In this document: piece by piece, positions 13,159 to 24,642 of the stretch
How positions within the stretch are numbered: the stretch's first letter is position 1
Layout: every line of letters begins with the position of its first letter
DNA from: Hydrurus foetidus
Taxonomy: Eukaryota
Assembly: GCA_900617105.1 (NCBI GenBank)
Contig: UYFQ01000838.1
Coordinates: 1-33,558, forward strand
Length of the DNA: 33,558 nucleotides
Direction of reading: 5' to 3'
Made by a program: the position numbers and the translations under genes
Notes under the pieces: generated by a model
Told to the model about the DNA's origin: nothing
Database searches by the model: none
What the model saw: only the letters and a program-made list of their open reading frames with translations

Positions 13159-14292
13159 ATGCTCAGCCATTATCTATTCATCAGCAAAGTCTTTGTGCTT
13201 TTGATTTCTACGACCGGATTCTTAGCTTTCAATGCAAAGTCTCGGACCTTGCAAGTACTGTCGTTCGGATTGACGTCATCATCATCAGCCTTATCGAGCT
13301 CTTCTAGCAGCAGAGAAACTGCATCTGGTAATACAGCAAAAGCTGGCATGAATCAGATATCGCATCTGTACGACTATTTCATAATTGATCAGTGGGGAGT
13401 CTTGCATGACGGGAAGACTCCTTACCCTGGAGTAACTCAGTGCCTCGAAAACTTGAAGCGTGAAGGAAAATGCCTCATTCTATTATCAAACTCTTCGAAG
13501 AGAAAATCTAATTCTTTCAAAGGATTGAGTAAAGTTGGCATTAATCCGTCATTATTCGATGACATTGTCACATCAGGAGAGATGGCGTGGAATGCGATAA
13601 AACAGCGTCGATTTGACTTCCCCTTATCAACTCCAACATCTGAGGAAAAACTACGAGTTTTCTTGGTGGGTAACAATGATGATGATGCAGAGTACATCGA
13701 AAGTTGCAATTGTATCGCTTCACCACCAGAAACAGCTGATTTCGTTCTAGCTCGAGGAACATTCTGCATCGCCACCGGTCCTGACCCCGACTCAGTACTC
13801 TCATACACTAACGCAGAAGATCTTGTAGCCGAGATTGAGCCTTTCCTGGCGCGTTGCAAATCGCGAGGACTGCCGATGTTGGTGTCGAATCCGGATAACA
13901 ACAGGCCAGGTTCCGGTGCTCCGATGCCGGGACAAATTGGCCGGAAATATTCCGATATGGGCGGGACTGTGCAGTACATAGGAAAGCCATACGCGGCAGT
14001 GTACAATGAGTGCATGTCTGCGCTAAGCAAGAGCGATGTAGCAGCATCTCTGTCAGCTGACAAGACTGTGAACAAGGACCGTGTGTGCGGTGTGGGCGAC
14101 TCTTTAGACCATGATATCTTAGGGGCTAAGCAGGCTGGTATAGCGTCTGTCTGGACGGCCAATGGCGTCCACTCAGCTGAAATGGGAACATCAGAAGGTT
14201 CTGCAGTCATAGCGGAGGGAGGTGTGCTTGAGGAGATGTACATGAAGTACGATGTGAGACCGACACACAGTACCTCCTCCTTTAAATGGTGA
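13159..14292 (+). CDS. HAD-superfamily subfamily IIA hydrolase (TIGR01459-like), intronless, probably plastid-targeted
   Basis: Motif I IIDQWGVLHDG..PYPG, motif II LLSNSS, IVTSGE, SNPD, motif III IGKPY, motif IV VGDSLDHDILGA. The N-terminus has a hydrophobic signal followed by a Ser/Thr-rich stretch. Confidence 0.92.
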   Translation: MLSHYLFISKVFVLLISTTGFLAFNAKSRTLQVLSFGLTSSSSALSSSSSSRETASGNTAKAGMNQISHLYDYFIIDQWGVLHDGKTPYPGVTQCLENLKREGKCLILLSNSSKRKSNSFKGLSKVGINPSLFDDIVTSGEMAWNAIKQRRFDFPLSTPTSEEKLRVFLVGNNDDDAEYIESCNCIASPPETADFVLARGTFCIATGPDPDSVLSYTNAEDLVAEIEPFLARCKSRGLPMLVSNPDNNRPGSGAPMPGQIGRKYSDMGGTVQYIGKPYAAVYNECMSALSKSDVAASLSADKTVNKDRVCGVGDSLDHDILGAKQAGIASVWTANGVHSAEMGTSEGSAVIAEGGVLEEMYMKYDVRPTHSTSSFKW

Positions 14293-15984
14293 TCCATCAT
14301 GATCACGTGAAGAAAAATTTACCATACTCAAGAATACAGTGACAATTATTCCCTCACAGATGCAACCGCATCGTAACATTGATCGACTGGATTGGAAGGA
14401 ATGATGATGTCGGTTACACTGTACTCACACACCACACCAAGAAGAACTGCCCTGAACATGGACATGTCACACGGTGATATTCGGCTAATTCAACCGTGAA
14501 ATGCGGTAGAGGATAGAGGAGTACTTGGACATATCTAACGCACCGTGTGAAAGTGTTCAATGCAGCAAGAAGTGTGAGAATATTCATCCCCAGTGATCTC
14601 TTGACAATCATCTACGCGCCACTATGCTATCACATGACTGCCACACAACGACTCCACTGTATGCAGTCGCTGTACTTCTCCATGCTGATGTACCATTATA
14701 TTTCCACGAGCCCTAAGGACTCACAACTTTAAAAGCGGAGAAGAAGAACATTTCCCGAGTCCCAATCGGCCTTTGACTATGACCCTTTCCACGCGTAGTA
14801 GCTCAGAGTGACGTATTGAAACTCCTTGTGCAGCCGTTATTCATGGTGATGTCGTACTGAAACGGCTGTTGTGTATTGTGCAGTGTTGTGCAGAGCCGTA
14901 AGATGCTACCCACATGAGCGGAAATAAATCCAAGAACTAAGAACTAAGAACAACGGTCAAGAATAGGTCTGGAATTCATCGTATCAACGACCCAAGGTCT
15001 GGAATTAATCTTATTAATGACCCAAGTTCAGAACACTCCAAGCACAGAAGTGAGAAATTAAAACTAACAACGAAGTGTTCAGAACATTGGGGAGTGACGG
15101 TCACCCTGCTCTTTTACTCTTGGACTGAGCGTAGGCGCATACGTCACTAAGACCTTAGAGGTTGGAATCGCATTTCTGTTTCTGTTAAATATTTTATTCG
15201 TTTACATACTTGCTGATCATTTCACATTGTTTGCTGATCATTTCACATTATTTGCTCTTGTAATTCGTAGAATGGTGATAAATATTTCTCTTTGTTCTGT
15301 TGCCTGTCGGAAACTTTTCTCGAATGCTCAGTAAGCGGACAGCTACATATCCCCTGAGACTGTTTCAGGTTTCGGATTTCAGTTTTCAGCAGCAGTGCTC
15401 TCCTTTTTCGCACTACAGTGCATGTCTTCCTTCTTGCTTCCAGACGAAATATGCATAGAGACTTGCAATCAGAAAAGATGCGCCGTGTAGATATACACAG
15501 TTAGTGATTGTGACAACTGACTAGACGACTTGACTCATCTTGACTTGACTTCGGTCGCACCGATAAGTATCGCGCGTTGATGAATGTTCTCCAATACAAT
15601 GTCCTATGGCGCGACAAGAGTAGCGAGTGGATCTCCACACAAACACACGTACGCACATACGTAGGCAGTAGTTGCACTGACGAATGACGTTGAAGCGGTA
15701 CACTTCAATCAATCCTCTCCCTGAGAATATTCTGATCCACAGAAGTCTGAGAATTTTTCAGCACTTCTGCGTACATTATCCTAAGAGACGAAGCGAATTC
15801 TTGCAGAACGTTCCGTTTTTTGCTTTGCTCTGATTGCATTGTAATGCATCGCACTGTATCATATAGCGCTGCAATGCACTGCACTGTTATGCCACATTTG
15901 TCGAATCAATACTTATCCACAGACCTAATCCTGAACACATTTACAGCGTAGTCTACGCGGTGACTTCTTATCCTCTCCTTTCTT

Positions 15985-17139
15985 TCAGTGACCATTGTTT
16001 CTAGCCTCCTTCACCCACTCCATAATCGCCACCTGCACAGCACCTTTTGCCTTCGCTAAATCGTCACTCTTCATGTCTGGCCACGCAGTACACGCAGCAT
16101 GGAAGAACACCCATTTCTTTCTGTGTTCTTTGGTACATTCTTTGAAGTCTGGCGCACCCTCCATTTCTTTCTCTAGATTATGCAGGTCTTCGATTGATGT
16201 AATTCTTCGGAATTTGGATGTTCCGCATTTAGTACTACAAAAGCTTTTGTATTTCATGTAATCAAGTATCCTAGGCTGGTCCATAGTTGTGCCGATTGTT
16301 TTGTTATACAGCTCTTTCAGAACAGTTGTTGTAACGAGTTGCTCGTTCTGCGCAGTGCATGATTCTTTCCAGATATCTCGAATTACTTCGTTTGTTAAGA
16401 TTGCTGATCGAGGATTCGTAGCAGGAAAATACAGAAATCCACCATTCAGAAGAAGTCCCGTATTTGGAGAGGAGAACTCGAAAGGCACTGTATCAATTAG
16501 AGCAGCAATGCTATCTGGCTTTTCGGGGATTTCTTCGGAGGAAGCGAACGGATTTAGTAGCATAACAGCGTCCACGTCTACTGGAAGAACACTGACACCC
16601 TCAGAGTGAATCTTCAATGTGCCGAAAACACGACCATATGTTAGTCTCCAATAGCTCCGAGCCTTAAAATCACGACTTCCCAGTTGAGGAGCAAGAGATC
16701 CTTCTGATACTCCAAGATTCATAAAAAGGCACAGGCTTGGGTCTGTGTGAAGGATGGCACATTTATCGCATGACCATTTGTCGAGACAGAAGACAATTGC
16801 GTTTTGTATCATAGGAGGAGTAACGAGGGTCAGACTTCGCAGGAAGTGAGGAAGATTTTCTTTGGCAGCTTCCTTATTAATTGCCGTACTGACTACAACT
16901 GCATTTCTGTCCCGCTCGGTGATTCTTGCGACAGCTTTTGAGATTTCCATAGATAACGATGCCTGGTTTAACGGAGCCGCACTATCAGGGCCAGATTCAG
17001 GACAGACTCTCTCATAGAACGGTCTATGTCTAAAAGGGTTTGGCTGGTGTGATATGCTCAGTAGTGGTGAAAAGAATAAATAGATGGAGATGAAGGAACC
17101 GAAAAAAATCGCTGACAATCTGTAATAATTCCGTTCCAT
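15985..17139 (-). CDS. Nucleotide-diphospho-sugar transferase (PF03407/GT77-like), type II membrane protein, intronless
   Basis: Short cytosolic tail plus TM (MERNYYRLSAIFFGSFISIYLFF), DxD in VLPVDVDAVMLLNPF, LNGGFLYF, NEQ and C-terminal FFHA. The start may alternatively be the ATG at 17238. Confidence 0.8.
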   Translation of the reverse strand: MERNYYRLSAIFFGSFISIYLFFSPLLSISHQPNPFRHRPFYERVCPESGPDSAAPLNQASLSMEISKAVARITERDRNAVVVSTAINKEAAKENLPHFLRSLTLVTPPMIQNAIVFCLDKWSCDKCAILHTDPSLCLFMNLGVSEGSLAPQLGSRDFKARSYWRLTYGRVFGTLKIHSEGVSVLPVDVDAVMLLNPFASSEEIPEKPDSIAALIDTVPFEFSSPNTGLLLNGGFLYFPATNPRSAILTNEVIRDIWKESCTAQNEQLVTTTVLKELYNKTIGTTMDQPRILDYMKYKSFCSTKCGTSKFRRITSIEDLHNLEKEMEGAPDFKECTKEHRKKWVFFHAACTAWPDMKSDDLAKAKGAVQVAIMEWVKEARNNGH

Positions 17140-18190
17140 GCTGGCAACGGCCTTCCGCGCCTGGAAAGTGATCGAATATACTGCTGTAGAGGTCTTGGCA
17201 AGGAATCTTTGAACACAATTTGAACTGACTGAATGCAATGTGAAATTTTACATTCCTCTGCAGTTATTGTTATGATATACCGTACCGTACAGTACCAAAC
17301 CGGTACAGTACGGTACCAGAATTTGGTGGTAATTCCGTGATAGTCATGGTTGTATGATCCGAGATGATCGATCCTCCATTGATTGAGAACTCCGCTACCG
17401 TATACCATAGCAAGAATCTAGGATTACCCGCTGTCCCTCAACGAAATTCTTGACAACAATCTGACCCAGTAAAAACTTACGACTGATTAATCCCACAGGC
17501 TACGGCCACTTTTCATTTGAACGATGGAACAACAGATTTCCCTGGAGAATATTGCAAAGCTCTTTCTAAAGCTCTGCCACTAGTATAGCACAATCTGTAT
17601 TATACGCTATCCCTGGAAAGTGATACGTTTGACCATTGAAGGGTAAAAGTGATGCGTTTCACCAGATTTCCGGTTGGCTGTACCGTTCCCGTGAATTGTG
17701 GCTGGAGGTACCGTAGAATCAGCACATTTTTCTGATTGTTTGCGCGCTTTAATTCATACACGAAAGAGTGGTGCGGTGAAAAGGGTTTCCCAGCTGGAAG
17801 CGAAGAACAGAAACAAATATCGTTGTATCATGCGGCCTATTTGGTGCTGGGAATTGTTGAAAATGCAAAGCAATCAGTGGCAAGGGAAAATACATGTTGA
17901 TGGAGAATATGCTCAGGATTGTTAGCAGTGAAACCGAGGAAACATTATTTCAAAACGGGCAATTTTTGTGTGGGGGTTGACGCTACTGATCCCGATTTGC
18001 GATAATTTCATTCTTTTTGCTGCTATATCCGATAATCACCACAGATATGAAACCCACTGTCTGCAGTCTGCAATCTGCCCTGAAATCACAAGGGGATTGA
18101 AAGATGAAGTACTTTCAGGTCATAAGATTCAGTTATCGATGTAAAGGCACCTTTAAATCTCAAATCTCTGTCGAGGAATATTAAGGTAGA

Positions 18191-19302
18191 ATGGCTTGCG
18201 ATGAAGCTGTCATTGCTGCCGCAGTTCTGATATTTATTGAGTTTGTCAGTCGATGGCATCAGTCTCGTAACAAACCTGATAAATACTTCAAAGACACAGC
18301 CTTTGATGATTTCAGAGACCATTGCTACGTCGTGTTCTTCATGATATCGATCTGCTCGACAGTTTTCTACGTAAGGGTTCTGAAGAACATGTCGCCCCCG
18401 AAGTCCTTGGAGTGGTATATTCCTCTTCTTTACCTTTTTGATTCAGTGGGCGCGATAGGATTAGGTTACAGTCTCTTCTACGAAAACAGAAACGGTGTCC
18501 TTGTTTCTATGACCGTCCTCACCAACTTTTTTTTATTGCACATCCTGCACACTTTATTTGCAAAGAAAGGAGGCAGCCTGGTAAGTTTCTCCGCACAGTA
18601 CGTCTCTTCATGAGCTCATTAAGAATCATTACCCCACCACTCGGCTTCTGCATGGCGTAATTGACACCACCTTCTTCTCCGATTTCATATTATGCATGAG
18701 ATCATTAGACTCCCTCAGATAATTGTATAAGGTTCTCATCTCATGCTGTCTTCAACTGTTTCAAATATTGTCATTATAAAGAATATTTCTACTTTCAATC
18801 ATTTTAGACGGCCGAGTTGATAGCCACGGTGAAGTCCTATATACACCACATTTCGTCTTTTCTATTTCTTGACTCTCGCTATAAGGAGCTAATTGTGATA
18901 ACATCGATTTGGAGAGCTATTTCGATGAGCGGTCACTCTGCTCAAGCGTTGCACTACAACAAAATAATAAATAAAGATCAATTGCACAGATTTAACTGGA
19001 TATTGTCTCATACGAGAAACGCTGTTGTTGGGATTATTTTCTTGATGTGTGTGGTGTATCCAAGAATAAGAACGGGTTTTGGACTCTCTGCTATCGGACA
19101 CGTTGGGTATATTTTAGTACGGGCCGGACCGGTTTTTAGGTTAGGGTCTGTGTATGTAGGTGACCGCCCCTTATGGCAAGGAAGGACAGACAGAAACAGA
19201 CTTGAAGTGCTCCTTGCAGGAAATCATCCTTATCTCGCAGCTGAAGTGGGGAGTCTTGCAACATTAGGAGTCCTATTTATTGTATTCAAATTGTTCTCAT
19301 AG
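18191..19302 (+). CDS. Hypothetical multipass membrane protein (294 aa), His-rich, possibly a divergent TLC-like protein; exons 18191-18580 and 18808-19302
   Basis: Donor CTG|GTAAGT at 18580 and acceptor TTTTAG|ACG at 18808 join the two ORFs in phase 0. About 7-8 hydrophobic segments; motifs LLHILH, YIHH, SGH, SHTR, IGH. Confidence 0.75.
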
Positions 19303-20622
19303 AATTCTGAATATCCCGTATGTTTCTGCATTAGAAAATTAATTCATCTCTGCGTAGATTTCTTTTGGCGACTCTGTAAGATATTTTAATAGATCAATTA
19401 TAAGCAAACTAATGGAAGTAACTGTGCCGATGTGATATGGTATCAGAGACATGATATCTTAGCAAGACAATAAATGAAACTATTAAAAACATTTGCGGTG
19501 ATGAATGCGAAGCAATTAGTCATGTGGTACAGCAAGTTGTATGCCACAAGAATAGTGCATCTTATTTAGCCAGAAAGATGTATATAGAAAAGCGTCCGGA
19601 TTCGTAGATAGACAGCACCCCTATAACATTATGCGTGGGATAGATCGTGAAGAGTGGATAGGGCAGGAAAGAAAAAAAAATTGAAATTGAAAAAAAGAAA
19701 GAAATGGAGAGGAAGGGGAGGGGAAGCAACATGAGAATAGATAGGTGAGGTGAGTTGAGGTTGACTTGGCTGGATTGATTAAAAAGCATCTGACACTGTA
19801 GACAGAAGAGAGAGAGATGGAACTTTCATGATGCAGAATACTGAACTGTTACGCCGCGTCAGATTTCTGTTGGTCTGCAGAGTTCTGAAGAGTTCTATCG
19901 CTTTATCCTGGATTGCACTGCAATTGTGCCGTATCTTGACGCGGTACCTCTAGTAAACGTGGGCCGCACGTACCCTACACTGAACATGAACCGTACGTAC
20001 CTTACCCTGTACTTACGTGGACCGTACGTACTCTTCTTCCTTCCCATCATACGAGTTACTGAAGCTGCAGCTGAAATGCAGGCATGTAGTAATAACGTAC
20101 ATTCCCTGTAACTGTGAATCTAGCAGCAAACCACTCTGAAAATGGTATTTTCTTTGTCAAAACACTATCCCTATTCATAAGTATAACCGTCTACTCCGCC
20201 CCTACCCAGGAACCAGGAATCATTCCATGATGTGAAAATTAAGCATTCCTTGATTTCTGCTGAAAGTAGACATGCCGTATCAACTAATGATTTAAGGAGG
20301 TAACTTATTCATAAAAGACAACTTTATTAGATGTTCTTGCACGTCAAAGTAGAGATGGGATTATCATAATACTGAACACATCGTACTTTCATGTGCGTAA
20401 CGGCTTAGTGAGATTCGATCAGGTATGGTATCAGGTCCGAGGATCAACCGATCCGATCGTCACTTTCTCGAGCGTAGGTTATCTACTGTATAATCCTACA
20501 ATAACATTGACAGCAATACTGTCTCATTAATGTTCTCGAAAAAAAAAGAATCGTCTTCACCCGCTTATTGAGAGCTTCCTTCACGACAACTTGCTGGTTC
20601 ACAGCTTGGATTCCTGTGTGTC

Positions 20623-23069
20623 ATGAAGTCGAGAGGAGCACCTCCACCCCCTGGTGCAGCTCCGGCTGTATCCAGAGAGATAGTCAACATTGTCAAAAAG
20701 AAACTCAGTGCACCGTCTAGTGCTCCTCCAGAGAATATGAGGTCAGTGATCAGGCCAGTGAAACATGAAAGACATGATGATCATGAAGAAGATGGTGATG
20801 GCGTAGACGATGTTGATGTGGGCGAAATCGAGGAAAAAATAAATGGAAAAAAATATTTCAGCAATAGCAGTCAATTGGATCGATCTCGCACGAGTTCAGA
20901 AACCGATAAAAAGCGTTCTATGGACAGAAACAGCTGGGATAATGACGACAGACCAGACGAACGACAATTTCAGCAACCTCGACGGGCTCCCACTAGACGC
21001 ATTCAGAACGAAAATGACGATGAAGATGACGATGAAGGAAGTTATGATGAATACGAGAGTGATCACAGTGGTCAACGGAGAGGTGGACGTAGGAATAATC
21101 GTCAGATGATGGATTCGTTGAGTAAAGGCAACAGGGATAGGGATGAGTACCCTCCCTCCCTGTACCCCCCAAGGAGTGAAGCGAAGAATAGCGATAGAGA
21201 TAGAGATGACAGACGACCACTCACATCTGGCTCAAAGGGGGCAACACCTCGTCCTATTAAGCCAGCCACGTATAATTTCCAACCTCTATTAAAAGCCACT
21301 TACAGGGAACTCAGAAGCTTCGTGCTTTCTCCATGCGATCCGGGGGTTACTACAAAGTAAGACGAGGCCATACACACATCTTTCAAGACTATCCGTGATG
21401 CCATTCTGCTGAGCAGTAGATAGGACTTTGATTGTATGCATTGTTGTATTTGTAGCTCAAGCAATGCGACCAAAAAGTGGTAGGAATAATTTATCATTCT
21501 TGGCATTAACTGTGATTTCTATTTATTCAATGCAGATGTTATATAGAGAGGACAAGGGGTGGTGGAAATATGTTTGCGCCAATTTACTCCCTTTGTGCCG
21601 ATCTTGAAGACGGCACGGGACGAGAGCTACTCGTGTGCAGGAAGGTAACAAGTATTTTATTTGAGAAAAGAACATGTAACCAGACATTCTTTCTTTTTGC
21701 TCTTTCATGATACACTTACATTACATTACTTTATGTGCGTCAGACACTTCAATTAAAAATGCATTTTTCTTAACTTCATTATTCTTACTTAGTCTTCTAT
21801 TTCTGTTCTTATTATTGTTTTCATTCTTCTATGCAGGTCTTGCAGAGTATGTCATCACATTACGTATTCTCATTGAAAACGGAAGATTTATACCGTAAAC
21901 GAGATCAACGAAGCAGATTATTCTTAGGAAAACTTCGGTCTACATCATCATCAGAATATATTCTATATGACAACGGAATGGTGAGAAGTACTTCTGATAG
22001 AGATGCGGATAATACAAATAATAATTATCATAATGATGACGATTCTGTTGAAAAAGAAGGAAAAGGAGACGAAGTATCTTTATTCCGAAAAGAACTTGCA
22101 GTAATACATTTTAATACTAAAAAAAGACCAGCCCCCTTAGGAATAAGAGGAAGTGAAATATGTATACCCACAAAACGTCACGGTGGAGACCTTGGGTCAG
22201 ATCGCAAGGCGGAAGACAAAGATCCTAAGTCTACACACTCAGGCCAAAGCTTGCAGAACCCTTTTCAAATAATTCGAAGCGAAGGAAAGCAAAATCAATT
22301 ATACGCCAAGAAATGCTTTATTATGCACGAACGAACATCTAGGTACGTACGAGAATGTCTGTTTTTTACGATTCTCCTTTAAACTTTCTTTTCTTCTATT
22401 CCTTATCCTCTTCCTCCCTCATACCTCCTCTCTTTTTCCTCTTCCCTCCTCTATTTCCTTTTTGTATTGTTATTTATCGTAGAAGCTGACTGAATAAAAA
22501 CGAATGCCCCTACATAGAATTGTGCAACTCAATTGCAATATTAATTACGTGTGCACTTCTAATTTATCGCGTATTAGGTATGATCCTCTTTCTTCCTGTT
22601 TGGTTGACTTCAAGGGAAGAGCAAATATTGCAAGTGTGAAGAATTTTCAACTTGTGCAAAGTTATCCGGTAGATAGTGATGGGTCCAAGAGCCAGGAAAT
22701 AGATGGTGATAAAGACTACATACTACAAGTTGGGAAGGTAACTAACGTATTACGTTTACAGCGTTGTTGTTATGATCTTTGCTTGCGGGTATTTATTTAC
22801 TGTACTTTGAGAATTGCGTCTGGAAGGATGTAGCAATTAATTAGAATTTGTGATTTGCATTATCATTACGTAATTGACTTTTTTTCCTCCATAATTTCCC
22901 TTTTTTTTCCTTTTTTATTTCTCTTGCTATCCACACATCAGTAATCTTTTTCTTAATTATTTTTCAGACAACTGTAGAATGCTTCAACATGGACTACCGA
23001 CACCCCTTATCAATGTTACAAGCATTTTCAATAGCTATCGCAAGGTTTGATGCCAAAATAAATTGGTAG
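20623..23069 (+). CDS. Tubby-like protein (C-terminal Tub domain, disordered N-terminus); exons 20623-21356, 21536-21644, 21837-22342, 22578-22737, 22968-23069
   Basis: FVLSP...KCYIER, FLGKLRS...YILYDNG, ELAVIHF, DFKGRANIASVKNFQLV, ILQVGK and FNMDYRHPLSMLQAFSIAIARFDAK are Tubby-domain signatures. Introns are GT-AG and in phase. Confidence 0.95.
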
Positions 23070-24642
23070 TGAATAAAAAATAAAGAACATTAGTTTTGAC
23101 GTACAAAATGGAATCATAAAGTTTAACTCCTGAAGGGTTCCCACGAAATAATATTATCAGAAGGAGGAAATGGAAGTTTCATTTATTTGATGCTATTTCC
23201 ACATTTAGGAAGCTTTTGATCTCAGTGACAACTCAAGAGATGAGATGATCGGTCACTTTTACATGTCTATCTTTTCATCCGAATGAACTGTTGGATAGAA
23301 GGTGGATAGCTGCATGAGTGCGCGAGATACAACGCTGAAATCTCACAATCTAATGCTCGACAAAAATCGGGAATTGAAGTGATCGAAGGAGGAAAGAATA
23401 ACATCACTAACCCACAATCTACGCTTTCTAATAATCTAATAATTTGAGTGATTGAAATGGAACGACGTGACGTAGTGCGGGTGAGCAATTCAACGTACGT
23501 ACGTTCTCTATGAAAGAAGATCTCAAATTTCAGAGATAGATCCGTAGTTTTTCTAAATCTTATTTGCATTAGCTAAAATGCGCGAAAGTTTGATTCTACT
23601 TCAGATTAAAATGTGATATTGACCGTAGAACGAGATGGAAGGGAGTGATATGGCTGGTATTGTATTGTAGTGGCACGAAGTGAAAATTGATTGCTCTACT
23701 TGTTTTATTTTGTTTCGTTCTCCGATATTATCAGATGTTCTTCGATATTCTTTATTTGTATTTGACGGACATTCGAATGGTCAGTGAGATGGGTGTGATG
23801 TACTGTGTTAACCGTAGTAGATACGGTTAATTACGGTATAATTTGATGATGCAGTACGATATAATACGACAAGGATCAATCAATCTGTTTCGATCGTACC
23901 CTAATTTACTCTACCATTTCCTACGTACATAATGATAAATAAATACCTGAAAATAGTCCAAAATAGCAACGTAGAATATTTTAAACATACACTTCATTAA
24001 CTTATGCAATACGAATAATCTATTTCTTAATGGCTGCATTCATGTAAAGTTTTCTAGTCGACTTTACGATAAATGAAATCCTATACTCATCGACTTTTCA
24101 TTTTGTTCCACTCTATTTTTCATCTTGATATTATATTTGTATTTATTTTGATATTTCTCTAATGGGTAGTGTGTCTTCTGTCTGCCGTCATTTCCACTTG
24201 CTGTATTACTTTAACAATTCCAAACCATTTTTTGAATCAGCAATATGATGAACGGTTTGCCCAACATTGATATTAAATCATCTTACGAATATAAAGCACA
24301 ATTTTTCTTTTCTTGAAGGATTCGATACAGAGTTAAGAATCTGCAGTAATTTCGATTGCAAATTGAGTTAACGCTAATTGTGGTGATATTTCGACAGGAG
24401 ACCAGCGACTGTAGTACGATGTGGCTGACTCTAACTTCTAGTGTGTGGGAATATCAGCAGAATTTCGGTTTCTCAGCAGACTTTATTGATTGATCAGCAG
24501 AATTCTACTAGCAGGATCTAAATTTCTACATGCAGAATCAACGAATGCCTCCTCTAGAGTCTAGAGGAGGTGTTGTTCTCAGAAGTTATCTGATAAAAAA
24601 GTCAAAACTGAATCCTGGAGACAGCGTCCACCTGCTGTGAAG

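Noticed and set aside
12920..13204. ISGGISGAAGAAVNEILRQPF resembles a mitochondrial carrier helix
   Set aside because: Lacks the Px[DE]xx[KR] signature and an ATG start, and has no further carrier repeats.
13437..14306. 289-aa antisense ORF over the HAD gene; similar antisense ORFs at 5446-5889, 8914-9192 and 15995-16609
   Set aside because: Shadow frames of real coding strands with no recognisable motifs.
14962..15026. ~30-bp duplicated unit (GGTCTGGAATT...GACCCAA)
   Set aside because: Only about two copies in intergenic DNA; no evidence of function.
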